This document shows, one piece after another, positions 21,866 through 33,800 of a stretch of DNA of 64,000 nucleotides (position 1 is its first letter; the number at the start of each line of letters is the position of its first letter). The DNA comes from Gammaproteobacteria bacterium. Its GTDB lineage: Bacteria; Pseudomonadota; Gammaproteobacteria; Eutrophobiales; Eutrophobiaceae. Where the stretch lies: positions 160,001 to 224,000 of the forward strand of contig OZ250183.1 of assembly GCA_965238225.1 (NCBI GenBank), given 5' to 3'. The notes under the pieces are model-generated. The model made no database searches and was not told where the DNA came from. It saw nothing but the letters and a program-made list of their open reading frames with translations. Both the position numbers and the translations under genes were made by a program.

Positions 21866-22005
21866 CACAAAACATCGTGCACTGGCAAACATAGAGTTTA
21901 TTGATATAAACAATCAGCTTATCGCAAGGCTGGATAATTATGAATGTGTGGTTGATGCATCACTACAAAAAGCCTTCGCCAATAATAAATTACAGTGTAC
22001 TACTG
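21866..22005 (+). repeat. 140-bp direct repeat, copy 2 (duplicated pfaA tail)
   Basis: Identical to 20224-20363; the two copies bracket the fic gene. Confidence 0.97.
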
Positions 22006-22009
22006 CTCA

Positions 22010-22879
22010 TTAGATTTGTTTTGATCCTTGATCCCAATGTTCTGGCATATTTATGTCTTCAGGCAGCTTTGTTGTTGCATCCCCCTTAGCAGAATCAATT
22101 TGTGCTTGCCTTAAGTTTTGCGCAGAGGATAAATCTGCTCCTGATAAATCAGCGTTTGTTAAATCTGCCCCAGTTAAAGCGTTTGTTAAATCTGCTTTGT
22201 CAAAATTACTTCCGACAAAACTAGTACGTTCCAATTGAGCACCTTCAAGTATCGCAGAACAAAACGAAGAATCGGTACAATTAAAGTTCGATAGATTGCC
22301 ATTAATAAAATCGCTGTTTTCGGGAAATTCTGTGTTCGATAAGTCGTACAATAATGGCGTTTTAGATTTGCCGTCCGGTTGTTTTTCTAAAACCTCATCA
22401 AACTCTACTTTTCTTTCTTTAATGACCTGAATTGCTGCTTCAATATCTATCTTTAGATCTTCATCTCGCATATTACGAGTACAAGATAGCTGTTTTCGAA
22501 TATAAGCGCATAGCGTATTCATGATGACAGAATGATAAGTTTTCTCGTTTTCAGCGAGCTTTCCTAAGGCATAGATAGCGCCTTGCCTGACTGCGCGTTC
22601 TTCATGTCCTAATAACTCTATAGACTTTGCAAACGTTTCGCTTACCAAGCGTTTGGCATCAGTCTGAGATTGTTCTTCAAGGACTAAAGTTCGGAAAGTA
22701 GCTAACGATAATCCAATAAAAACAGCTGGCAGGGCAAGCATGAATGCAAGACCCCTTGTTGATTCTTGATGTTTCCCTACAAGATCAAATGAATACGGTC
22801 TCCAACACCACCACCATAAGCATCCCACTCCTGCAATAATAATTATGGCGATTAATTTTTTAATAAGTTGTACCTTCAT
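22010..22879 (-). CDS. Membrane-anchored pentapeptide-repeat protein
   Basis: Two N-terminal TM segments, FAKSIELLG...VRQGAIYALGKLA, C-terminal A(D/N)LXX repeats (ADLTNALTGADLTNADLSGADLS), tail GDATTKLP. Confidence 0.85.
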   Translation of the reverse strand: MKVQLIKKLIAIIIIAGVGCLWWWCWRPYSFDLVGKHQESTRGLAFMLALPAVFIGLSLATFRTLVLEEQSQTDAKRLVSETFAKSIELLGHEERAVRQGAIYALGKLAENEKTYHSVIMNTLCAYIRKQLSCTRNMRDEDLKIDIEAAIQVIKERKVEFDEVLEKQPDGKSKTPLLYDLSNTEFPENSDFINGNLSNFNCTDSSFCSAILEGAQLERTSFVGSNFDKADLTNALTGADLTNADLSGADLSSAQNLRQAQIDSAKGDATTKLPEDINMPEHWDQGSKQI

Positions 22880-22897
22880 TATGTCCCTAGAGAACGA

Positions 22898-23380
22898 TCA
22901 ACAAAGGCTTGGTCTGTCTTCCATAAAAGCGTTCTCAACCCTCTTACTGCACCTACGCCCACAGCTAGGGCATCTGGTACTTTTTGCCCACAAGTGCTTT
23001 TCTGGTTTGCCAAAGTTTTCTTCATAGAGATTTAATGTCTCATGCCAAGCATCTTTTAGATTATTAGCATCCTCTTCGCCACGCATACCAAAGTACGGGA
23101 AATGATGTAAAAAATAACCAAAAATAGATTCACAATCTTCAGCATACTTTTGGGTATCTAATATGTGCAGATGCCAAAATTCATCCACCAATGGTGAGGG
23201 TACAATAGACTTCTTCGGGTACTTCAAACACAATATAAGATACTTACGATATTCCTCGCTTATCTCCTTTGCCTTGGTTAAATCCCAGCCTTTACCTTCC
23301 TCAGCATCCATCGCCTTGACAATAATTGGTTCTAAATTTAAATCATTTAGGATATAGTCTTCTTTCAAATTTCTGCCCAT
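22898..23380 (-). CDS. Glycine-rich-domain (GRDP/DUF1399)-like protein with Cys-rich tail
   Basis: EYRKYLIL, PSPLVDEFWHLHILDTQKYAEDC, FLHHFP; tail RCPSCGRRC; SD AGGAG upstream of ATG 23380. Confidence 0.75.
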   Translation of the reverse strand: MGRNLKEDYILNDLNLEPIIVKAMDAEEGKGWDLTKAKEISEEYRKYLILCLKYPKKSIVPSPLVDEFWHLHILDTQKYAEDCESIFGYFLHHFPYFGMRGEEDANNLKDAWHETLNLYEENFGKPEKHLWAKSTRCPSCGRRCSKRVENAFMEDRPSLC

Positions 23381-23466
23381 AAAGTTTCTCCTGCATATCG
23401 TTAGAGTTGTTGTTTGATTATTGCACATCACTGTCTTGACTCAGTATAACGGCATTAAAAAAATAA

Positions 23467-26400
23467 TTAAACTGGCTTCGCCCTGTTAGAAAACTTCATA
23501 GAAATCCGATATATCAGCGGGATCACAAACAAAGTTAACACAGTGGAAAATGCCAAGCCCCAGACAATCACTGTTGCTACAGGTCCCCATATAAAAGAAG
23601 ATCCCGCCAAGCCAGTTGCCAAAGAAAACAAACCGGCAATAGTGGTCAGTGATGTGATTAATATAGGAATCACCCTCCTTCTTGCAGCATAGACAGTTGC
23701 GTGCAACAAGCTCATACCATTTCCAAATCTTGTATTAGCGGCTGAGATTAAAACAATAGATGCGTTCACAGAAATCCCTGCCAGAGCAACCGTACCATAT
23801 AGAGTATATAGGCTCAGTGGATTGTTAGTGGTCAGTAAGCCCATCACCACACCTGTAAATGCCAAGGGAATGCTGGCCAGTATCATGAAGGGCTGGAAAT
23901 AACTTTTAAATTGCGTGCCAAGAATTATATACATTAATCCAACACCAAAAACGAATAGAATCAACAAGGCATTCAGACTTTCCTGAATATCATCCAAAAC
24001 ACCAGTGAAATCCAAATCAATCGTCGGATAGTCTTTTTGTATTTTTTTCCATTCATTGGCGATTAATGCATTCGCTGCTACAACATCTATCTTATCTCTA
24101 TCAATATCTGCTTCTAAGGTAATAGTTTTTCTGAAATTGTAATGACGAATATTATTAATCCCCAAACTTTTCTCTGCCTGTACCAGTTCACCAATGGCGA
24201 CTGATCGGCCATCTGGTAGTGCTACGGTTTGTCTTAACAGATTATCAATATCACTCCAGTTTCTTTGATTCGCCTTTACACGTACTTTGACCTTTTCACC
24301 TTCATCTTGAAAATCGGTAACTATTTCACCGTCCGTAAAAGACTGAATGCTACGACTCAAAACCGATGGTGACATGCCTGCGCGTTGAATGGCTTCGCCA
24401 TTAAAGCGCAACACCAATTCCGGGTTCCCAGGTCTGTCATCCAAACTTATATCACTAAAAAGAGGATTACTTTGAAGATAATTAATCAGTGCTTTTGCTG
24501 CTGATTTAATTTCGGCGATTTCGTCGCCTCGTATTTTGACATTAATAGGCCTTGAAACTGGCGGCCCATCTTTCATGCGTAATAATGAAACATTGGATGT
24601 TCCCGGGAAATCTGAAACCGCTTTTTTTACAGCGTCTGCTATTTCATATATTGCACGTGATTTATTTTCATCAGGCACCAAACTAACCATGATTTGTCCA
24701 ACAGTATCCCCAAATAAAGGTTCTGTTTCTGTAAACTGTTGTCCAGAATAAGTTACTGAAGATCTCAATTCATGCGAATGAATTTCTTTAAGTGCGCGTT
24801 CTTGTACTCTAATCAGCATCTCACTGGTGTCACTTAAAGTCGCACCGCGTGGCATTTCGACGTTAATATAAAAAAGCCTAAGCTCACCGCCTTCAAAAAA
24901 ATTAAAACGGATGTGACCGCCAACAACAATCATCACTGCCAAAACAAATATAGAGCATGTTGCTGAAATAGAAATGATGGGATACCTTAATGCCTTCAGT
25001 AGTAGCTTGATATAGCTGTAGCGAACCCAGCTAGTAAATCGTTCTCGGCGTTTTTTACCTTTTGATGGTCGTGTTAAATCAATTTTTGCTGCAATCACAT
25101 GGGCAGGCAACATCCAATAAGCTTCCAATAAACTGACTGCCAATGCCAAGGTAACGACCATGGGAATGGTTCTCATGAAATCACCGAGGATGCCGGGCAT
25201 TAACATCAATGGTAAAAACGCCGCCATGGTTGTCATCACCGACGTAGTTACTGGCGCAAATACTTCAGACAGTGCACCGATTACTGAACGCATTGGTGCT
25301 ACACCTTTTTGTAATCGTTGATAGATTGACTCAACCACCACCACCGCATCATCCACCAGCATCCCAAGCGCTATTACCACGCCAAGTAACACCATATTAT
25401 TTAATGAGGTGCCAATTGTTTTAAGGATTAGAAAGGTACCAGCCAGCGTAAACGGAATACCAATACTGGTCAGTATCGCAATTCTGGAACCAAGAAATAG
25501 CCATGTCACCATAAACACCATCACCAAACCAATGATGGCATTAGTCTGCATCAAAGACAGTGCTTTGCGCGTGCTAATCGTCTGGTCATCAACCATGAAT
25601 ATCTCTACACCTGTGTTCGTCTTATATTTATTACGTTCATCAATATAGCGTCTTACATCATCAACCAGTTCAAGGACATTGGTATTTGATTGTTTGGTAA
25701 TGGCCAGTAAAGCTGCGGGCGCACCATCGAACCTGACAATTTCTGTAGCTTCCTCTGTGGTACGTGTGAACTTGGCCAGATTGCCTAGCGGTACAATACC
25801 GTGTGCAGTTATCACTGGGTAATCCGCCAAGCTTCCAGGATCTGTATTGACTCCCTTAATTCTGACTATCCACTGGCCATCATCAGCTTGAATATCACCT
25901 GCAGAGATATCACGAAAATAGGCACGCACGGTATCGGACAAATCGCCCGGCGTAATTCCCAAACCCTCTAATCGTTCGGGGATGAATGTTATGTGTAATT
26001 CTGGATCGGCAAGTCCAAGTTCATTAATACGATCCACGCCACTAATTAATTCAATGTCTTTTTTGATGTTTCTAATTTGGCGGCGGAGATTTTCATCGTC
26101 ACCTGCACTGGTAATAACAACAGTGACGGATGGAAAAGCATTTGAGGTAGTGATCTCATAAATTGTAGGATCTTCTGATTCTTCAGGCAGCTCACTCAAA
26201 TAAGTATTTTGAACTTCACGCCGCAGATCTGTGAGATGATTATTGAACTCGTCTTCACTTAGACGATTAAAACGTACCAAAATATTTGAAGTAGCTTCAC
26301 GACTGGTGCTGGATACAAATTTAATATCTTTGATCGAGCTGCGTAGTGCATCTTCAATTGGGTTAGTAATTCTTTTTTCAACATCTTCTGCAGAAGCGCC

Positions 26401-26556
26401 AGGGGAAAAAGTAATGATGCTTACCCAGTTAAAGTTTATCTCTGGATCTTTTGCACGAGGCATCTGAAAATAAGAAATACTGCCAATAATCAAAACCAAA
26501 CAAAATGTAAGGTTCGCAAAAACATGATTCGCGAGAAATCGTTGTAAAAAAGTCAT
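23467..26556 (-). CDS. RND efflux permease (AcrB/AcrD/AcrF family)
   Basis: 1029 aa, PGASAEDVEKRITNPIE, TM4 GMLVDDAVVVVE, IPLAFTGV, RVIPILITSLTT. Confidence 0.93.
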   Translation of the reverse strand: MTFLQRFLANHVFANLTFCLVLIIGSISYFQMPRAKDPEINFNWVSIITFSPGASAEDVEKRITNPIEDALRSSIKDIKFVSSTSREATSNILVRFNRLSEDEFNNHLTDLRREVQNTYLSELPEESEDPTIYEITTSNAFPSVTVVITSAGDDENLRRQIRNIKKDIELISGVDRINELGLADPELHITFIPERLEGLGITPGDLSDTVRAYFRDISAGDIQADDGQWIVRIKGVNTDPGSLADYPVITAHGIVPLGNLAKFTRTTEEATEIVRFDGAPAALLAITKQSNTNVLELVDDVRRYIDERNKYKTNTGVEIFMVDDQTISTRKALSLMQTNAIIGLVMVFMVTWLFLGSRIAILTSIGIPFTLAGTFLILKTIGTSLNNMVLLGVVIALGMLVDDAVVVVESIYQRLQKGVAPMRSVIGALSEVFAPVTTSVMTTMAAFLPLMLMPGILGDFMRTIPMVVTLALAVSLLEAYWMLPAHVIAAKIDLTRPSKGKKRRERFTSWVRYSYIKLLLKALRYPIISISATCSIFVLAVMIVVGGHIRFNFFEGGELRLFYINVEMPRGATLSDTSEMLIRVQERALKEIHSHELRSSVTYSGQQFTETEPLFGDTVGQIMVSLVPDENKSRAIYEIADAVKKAVSDFPGTSNVSLLRMKDGPPVSRPINVKIRGDEIAEIKSAAKALINYLQSNPLFSDISLDDRPGNPELVLRFNGEAIQRAGMSPSVLSRSIQSFTDGEIVTDFQDEGEKVKVRVKANQRNWSDIDNLLRQTVALPDGRSVAIGELVQAEKSLGINNIRHYNFRKTITLEADIDRDKIDVVAANALIANEWKKIQKDYPTIDLDFTGVLDDIQESLNALLILFVFGVGLMYIILGTQFKSYFQPFMILASIPLAFTGVVMGLLTTNNPLSLYTLYGTVALAGISVNASIVLISAANTRFGNGMSLLHATVYAARRRVIPILITSLTTIAGLFSLATGLAGSSFIWGPVATVIVWGLAFSTVLTLFVIPLIYRISMKFSNRAKPV

Positions 26557-26559
26557 ATT

Positions 26560-27570
26560 TTAATTAACGATATCGACGGGGATAGCTTCAGTTAATGAAT
26601 AATGTCCTTCAATCACAACACGCACATTATCAGCTAATTCTGTAGCACTGGCACGACCTGCTTGTGCACTTGGCATTACATTAAACTGGGCGATATTTTT
26701 TTCTACAGTGAATACACCAAGCTTACCATTACGCCACACTAACAAATCACCGGGGATATGTGCTTGGTTGTCGCGCCAGACAAGTTTGCCAGTTGTACCG
26801 GGCAGGGCATACGTATCAGTAAAGATTAATCTGCTTTCACGATTTCGTGTTTCAGCATTAATGACACCAAGGATAGATCTGAGTTTTACCGGATAACGAA
26901 CACCGCCATGTTCAAAGAAAAGCGTGCTTGTTTTACTTAACTGCATGGCATCGCGATCTAAAACCTGCGCTGATATTTCTGCGTTATCAATATCTATAAT
27001 CTTTACCAGTGCTTTTCCAACATCTACAAACTCACCCACTGCGCTTGCACGCTCAACTACCAAGGCACGAAAAGGGCTGGTTACGGTGCAACGTGACCGA
27101 TCCAGTTTTTTCATGTTGATTTCGGCCTGCATGCCTTTTAAATCATGCCCAGATACCGCGTAACTGGATTCACGTTCATCAAGTATTGCTTCAGAAACGG
27201 ATTGTTTAGTAAAGAGTTGATGCGTGCGTTCTAACTTGCGCTTTGCAAAATCTCTTCTGATTTTCTGGGCTTCTAGTTTGGCGACAGCCTCACGGTAAGC
27301 AAACTCGTAATCAGAACAATCAAGTTTTGCCAAAATTCCGCCTTTTTCAACAATATCTCCAACACGAACAGAAAGCTCGTCAACTCTGGCTAAAATACGC
27401 GCACTAATGACACTTTCATTAAGACTAACAACCGTCGCAGGAGCTGAGCGCTCCGAGTAAATCGCAACTTCAGATAACATGGCAGTTTTTACAGAAACTC
27501 TTTGTGCAGCGTGGGCATGCACAAAAAGAGTAGCGAAAATCGTAATTGATACCTGCAATAATTTTTGCAT
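26560..27570 (-). CDS. RND periplasmic adaptor (membrane fusion protein)
   Basis: Signal/anchor segment, lipoyl-like VRVGDIVEKGGILAKLD, coiled-coil hairpin, SPFRALV..GEFVDVG; directly upstream of the RND permease. Confidence 0.9.
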   Translation of the reverse strand: MQKLLQVSITIFATLFVHAHAAQRVSVKTAMLSEVAIYSERSAPATVVSLNESVISARILARVDELSVRVGDIVEKGGILAKLDCSDYEFAYREAVAKLEAQKIRRDFAKRKLERTHQLFTKQSVSEAILDERESSYAVSGHDLKGMQAEINMKKLDRSRCTVTSPFRALVVERASAVGEFVDVGKALVKIIDIDNAEISAQVLDRDAMQLSKTSTLFFEHGGVRYPVKLRSILGVINAETRNRESRLIFTDTYALPGTTGKLVWRDNQAHIPGDLLVWRNGKLGVFTVEKNIAQFNVMPSAQAGRASATELADNVRVVIEGHYSLTEAIPVDIVN

Positions 27571-27713
27571 TTTCCAATCCTTATAATAAAACTATTAGCC
27601 ACTAATCTAACATTTATCATGCCTTAATTTAATGGCTGTAAGCATTCTAAATCTTCAATTTATGCATATAAATCAGATTAATTTTCTTTTAAAAAAACGA
27701 CCAAAAAACAAAA

Positions 27714-27741
27714 TTGGCCTATGAGGTATTATACTTATACT
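27714..27741 (+). promoter_or_regulatory. Candidate sigma70 promoter for pfaBC-ole
   Basis: TTGGCC-N16-TATACT about 100 nt upstream of the pfaBC ATG; consensus match only. Confidence 0.3.
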
Positions 27742-27839
27742 CCCAAAACAGATAAAAAATAGATAAGAATTTGGCGCGCAGATGGATACTGTGCCAACAT
27801 TAAATTACAAATTAATTATAAACCGAATAGATAAGTTTT

Positions 27840-30800
27840 ATGCAACGTGTCGCAATTGTTGGTATTGGTGGTCTTTTTCCTAGAGCTTCTAGCGCGAAAG
27901 ATAGCACTCAAACCGAGGATCATCTAAAGACTTTCTGGAAAGATATCCAAGCGGGTCTTGATTGTTCTCGTGAGGTGCCCGAAGGTCGCTGGTGTATAAA
28001 AAAAGAAGATGCTTGGTCTGCTGAACTTACAATAGACAAGGTAAATTCTATTCGCGGCTGTTTTCTAAACCCATTCCAACTGGATCCTACAGGTCTGGAT
28101 TTAGATGAAGACATTCTGGCAAAACTAGACCCCATGTTTCATATCCTCTTACATGCAGGTCGACAAGCTTGGCAGGATGCAAACCAAGAGAGAGAAAATA
28201 ACAAGCTGAATAAAAAACGGGTCGGCATCATCATTGGCAATATCGTTTTACCCACCGACAGTTCTTCTATGCTGGCTGATGAAACTTTGGGCGCGGTCTT
28301 TGAATCGCAACTTCTTGGCAACAAGCGTGAGGGAAATGATAAAACCGAACCACTAAATAGATACGTCGCCGGACTTCCAGCAGGTGTTCTGGCCAAGGCA
28401 TTAGGTTTTGGCGGCGGGGCTTACACGTTGGATGCCGCCTGTGCGTCCTCATTGTATGCCTTAAAGTATGCCACAGAAGAATTAATTGCCGGTCGCGCCG
28501 ATGCCATGCTCACTGGTGGCTTGTCTCGTCCAGATTGCCTGTATACACAAATGGGATTTTCAGCGTTGGGTGCGATTTCAAAAACAGGACATTGCTCACC
28601 TTTTGATCATAAAGGTGATGGGCTTGTGGTCGGCGAGGGCGCAGGTATTCTTGTTTTAAAAAGATTGGAAGATGCCTTGCGTGATGAAGATCATATCTAT
28701 GCCACCATCGCTGGAATTGGTTTATCTAATGATACTGGTGGCAACCTCATGTCGCCAGATTCAGAAGGTCAACTCCGCGCCATGCGTGATGCCTACCATC
28801 AAGCCAACTGGTCTCCTGAAGATGTTGATTTAATTGAATGCCATGGCACCGGTACGCCAATTGGTGATGCTGAAGAAATTAAAAGTTTAAAGTCACTTTG
28901 GGCTTGTGTGCCAACCAATCAACAAAACTGTGTGATAGGATCGGTTAAAAGTAATATTGGGCACTTGCTGACAGCAGCAGGTTCTGCAGGACTTATTAAA
29001 GTCTTGCTGGCAATGAAGCATCAACAATTTCCTCCCACAGCAAATTTTGAAAACACTCCAGAAAAAATAGATCTTTCTGGAAGCCCATTTTCTATTTTAA
29101 GTGAAGCCAAAATCTGGAAAAAAAGAACCGAACAAACGCCCAGACGTGCTGCCGTTAGTGCCTTTGGTTTTGGTGGCACTAATGCGCATGTTTTATTAGA
29201 GGAATGGCATAAAACAAAAGCAATAAAAACAAGTAATGTGGCTGAATCTAAACCTGATATCGCCATTGTTGGCATGGAGGCACAATTTGGACCATGGAAA
29301 TCTTTGACGGCATTCAAAAAACGTTTATTTACTAATGAACAGAATTTCGATGCCAAGTTACCAAAGCACTGGTGGGGTATTGATAATCCGGAACAAATTA
29401 AAGGCTGGTTTATTGATGAAGTAAATGTTCCGCTGGGTCGTTATCGTATTCCGCCTGCAGAACTCAAGGAAATACTACCGCAGCAATTACTTATGTTAGA
29501 GGTTGCTGCAAATGCGCTGGAAGATGCTGGCATTAAAGATATCTCAAAAGAAAAAAGTAACGCAGCAGGTGTATTTATTGGTATCGGACTTGATCTTAAC
29601 ACCACAAATTTTCATTTTCGTTGGTCACTTCTAAATCTCGCAAAAACCTGGGCCAGCAAGCTTGGTTTAAAACTTACAGACAAAGAACTTAATAAGTGGA
29701 CACAGTCTTTGCGCGATATAGCCAGTCCTGCATTGAACGCCAACAGAACCATGGGCGCACTGGGCGGTATTGTCGCCAGTCGCATTGCCCGCGCCTTTCG
29801 CTTCGGCGGATCAAGTTTTACAGTTTCCAGCGAAGAAAGCTCTGGGCTACGTGCACTGGAAATGGGTGTTCGCGCATTACAAAGAGGTGAGTTAAACACA
29901 GTCATTGTCGGTGCTGTTGATCTGGCTGGCGATGTTCGTGCGGCATTGGCGCAACACAAACATCGCGCCTATTCAGAAGATACTCTGATTGGTGAGGGTG
30001 CAGCCGCATTCATACTTAAACGTCTTGATGATGCAATAGACTCTGGTGATCGAATTTACTCTGTGATTAAAGGCATTGGCTCTGCTAATGGTGGCGGTGC
30101 TGACTTAATCTTCCCAACAGAAACTGCTTATCAACAGTCATTTAATAATGCTTGTGAAGATGCAAAGACTGACCTCAAAAAAATTAGTTTAGTGGAAACA
30201 CATAGTAGTGGGCTTAAACAAGAAGATGCTATGGAAACAATGGCGTTGAATACATTGTTTGGCGAACAGGAAGTGAATCACTATAACGCTTTTCTTGTCC
30301 TAGATAATATTAAAACAAAAATTGGGCATGCAGGTGCAGCCTGCGGTTTGGCTGCTGTTGCCAAAACAAGCCTTGCCCTTTACTACAAACAACTGGTTTA
30401 TCATGGCAAGGTTCAGTATTGGCTCAGAGATAAAATTGACGGTCCTAGACAAACAGCAGTAAGTGTCTTTAGTGTTGACGGCAATTGCATGCATACGATT
30501 CTTGAAGAAGCTGCACAACATTCCGGCACGGATATCATTAAAACAAACGAAATATTATTTGCTTTTTATGCTGAAACAAAAAAAGGGTTGTTTGAAAAAA
30601 TTCAGCAACTGAAATTACTTGAAGAAACTGCACAAGATATTCATAGCCTTGCAAAACATTGGTGGCTATCTAACCTGAACAACAAAGACAATAAAGAAAA
30701 AAAATTCACTGCCGCAATCATTATAAATAATAATAGGCTTGTCGAAAAACTGAATAAGCTACAGATATCAATTAAAGAAAATAAATCAATCAGTGCTCAT

Positions 30801-33800
30801 GGAGTTTATTTTTCAGCTCAGCCTTTAGGCGAAAAGGGGAAATTGGCCTTTGTTTACCCTGGTTCTGGGAATCATTTTCATGGCATGGGGCGGGATCTTG
30901 GACAAAAATGGCCACAAATTCTAAATCGACTTGATGATGAAAATGATGCACTTGCATCACAGTTTGCTAAGGGTCGTTTCTGGCTACCAGAAACAAACCT
31001 GCCTTTAAGCAGCGAGGATGCAATATTGAGTCAAGTATGGTTGGGCACTTTTGTCAGTGATATTGTCTCGCAATTTAATATCTCTGCAAATGCCATTATT
31101 GGCTACAGTCTGGGAGAAACTGTCGGGCTTTTTTCCACACGCACATGGACAGATAGAGATGAAATGTTGCGAAGGGTTTATGCAACAGATCTGTTCACGG
31201 ACACCCTTGCAGGCTCCTGCAATTCTGTCCGCAAGACATGGAAATTAAAAGACTCAGAAACTGTCAACTGGATAACAGGTGTTATCGATCAAACAACTGA
31301 TAAGGTTAAAAAAACTTTAGCAAACTACCCGCGCGCTTACTTACTCATTACCAACACACCTCATGAGTGTGTTATTGGCGGAGACAAAGACTCTGTTTTT
31401 GAACTAGTTAAAGAATTAAAGTGCAATTTCCATCGCCTATATGCAGTACCTACTGTACATTGCAAAGTCTCTGAACCTGTGAAAAAACCTTATCGCGATC
31501 TACATTTATTTAAAACCAAGCCACCAAAAAATATTTGGTTTTACAGCGGCATTTTGGGCAAGGCATATAACGTGACTCGTGACAGTGCAGCAAATTCTAT
31601 TGCCGAACAAGCCACACAACCCTTCGATTATACAAAGGTTATTCAGTCTGCTTATGAAGATGGCGTGAGACTGTTTATTGAAATGGGTCCAGGGGCAACT
31701 TGTAGTCGAATGATTGATCAGATACTTAAAGGTAAACCTCATGTCGCCAAGGCGATTTGTGTCAAAGATCAAAACAGTGTTGCGAATGTTATACATTGTC
31801 TTGGGTTGCTCATCTCTGAAGGAATTGTTGTTGACCTTCACGCCTTATATCAAACTAAAGAGAATCAAACGGCAACTAAAACACCTTGTATCACTGTTAA
31901 GACTGGCTCATACGGATTTAATATGCCACCTTTTTTGCAACAGAATATACATAATAATAAAAATAACCATGTAATTTTTAACAAAAAACAGTCTGTAGAA
32001 GATGTAAAGATAACAGAAATAAATAATATCCATTTACTGCAACCAGTGATTAAACAAATGCAACTTACAGAAAAAGCCAAGGCCAAAACACAAGAAGCTT
32101 TCTTACGCACATCAAACAGTCTAACTGAAACATTAGACCAAGCTCTAAAAATGCAAATGACTTTATTGCAGAACACACCTTTGCATTCAACACTGATTGA
32201 ACCAACCCAATTTAAGAAAGCAACAACAGAAACCGTAGATAAAAACTGTTTATTTGACAGGGATCAATGTATGGAAATTGCTATTGGTTCCATCGGCAAG
32301 GTTCTGGGCGTGGAATTTGCAGAAATAGATCAACACCCAAAACGCGTCCGGCTACCAAATGAGCCGCTCATGTTAGTGGACAGGATCATGGAAATAAATG
32401 GTGTGCCCGCCTCGCTGGCTATAAACCCTTTAACTTCAGGCAGTATTATTACCGAGCATGATATCCTGACTGATGGTTGGTATCTGGATGGCGGGCGTAT
32501 TCCAACCTGTATTGCCGTTGAAGCTGGACAGGCAGATCTATTCTTATCTGGGTATCTGGGTATAGATCACATCATCAAAGGACAAGCGGTTTACCGTTTG
32601 CTTGATGCTAAAATCACTTTTCACGGGTCACTGCCCAGACCTAGCGAAGTAATTCGTTACGACATTCGTATCGACCAGTTTTTCAAACAAAATGAAACCT
32701 ATTTGTTTCGTTTTAATTTTGAAGGCACGGTCAATGGACGACGATTACTAACTATGACAGAAGGTTGTGCGGGTTTCTTTACGCAAGCTGAGCTGGATGC
32801 AGGCAAAGGCATTGTCAAAACCGAAATGGAAAAACGCCCGCAACGAGGACAAGTACCAGACAGTTGGCAACAGCTTGTACCTATGGCGACTGAGTCATAT
32901 AACGATCAACAGTTAAACGCACTGCGTAAGGGTAATCTTGGCGAGTGCTTTGGTGAAAACTTTTTGAACTTACCTTTAAATCGTGCCGTTGGTCTTCCTG
33001 GCGGACGCATGACATTAGTCCATAGAATTCTAAAGCTTGATCCTGTTGCTGGTCGTTTTGGTATTGGTCAAATCACAGGTGAGGCAGACATCCACCCTGA
33101 TGATTGGTTTCTGACCTGTCATTTTTTAGATGACGAAGTGATGCCTGGCACCCTCATGTACGAATGTTGTTTACATACCTTGCGTGTTTATTTAATGCGC
33201 ATGGGTTGGGTTGGTGAACAAGATGAAGTTGTCTACGAGCCTATTATTGAAGAGACCAGCCAACTTAAGTGTCGTGGTCAAGTGATAGAATCGACAAAAA
33301 AAGTGCAGTATGAAATCACGCTAAAAGAAATTGGATATAAAGATAACAACGGAACGCCTTATGTTTTAGCAGATGCGTTGATGTCTGCAGACGGTAAGCC
33401 TATTGTACAAATAAATAATATGTCTATGCAATTAAGTGGGCTTAATAAACAAAAGATCGAAAATATCTGGCAAAGTAAATCTGCCTCTCAGGTGAAAAAT
33501 ACAAAAAATTACAGCAAGGGAAAAACTATTCTATTTGATTTTGATTCAATTTATGCCTTTGCCAATGGCAAACCTTCCGATGCCTTTGGTGATCGCTATA
33601 AAATATTTGACGAAAAACGAAAAATTGCGCGCCTGCCCAGACCGCCTTATCAGTTTATTGATCGAATTACATCTATTAAAAACTGCCAAGCATGGACATT
33701 AAAGGCAGGAGGTATCATTGATGCCGAATATGACGTGCCAGAAGATGAATGGTACTTTAAAGAAGACAGACAAGCTCGTATGCCTTTTGCAATATTGCTT

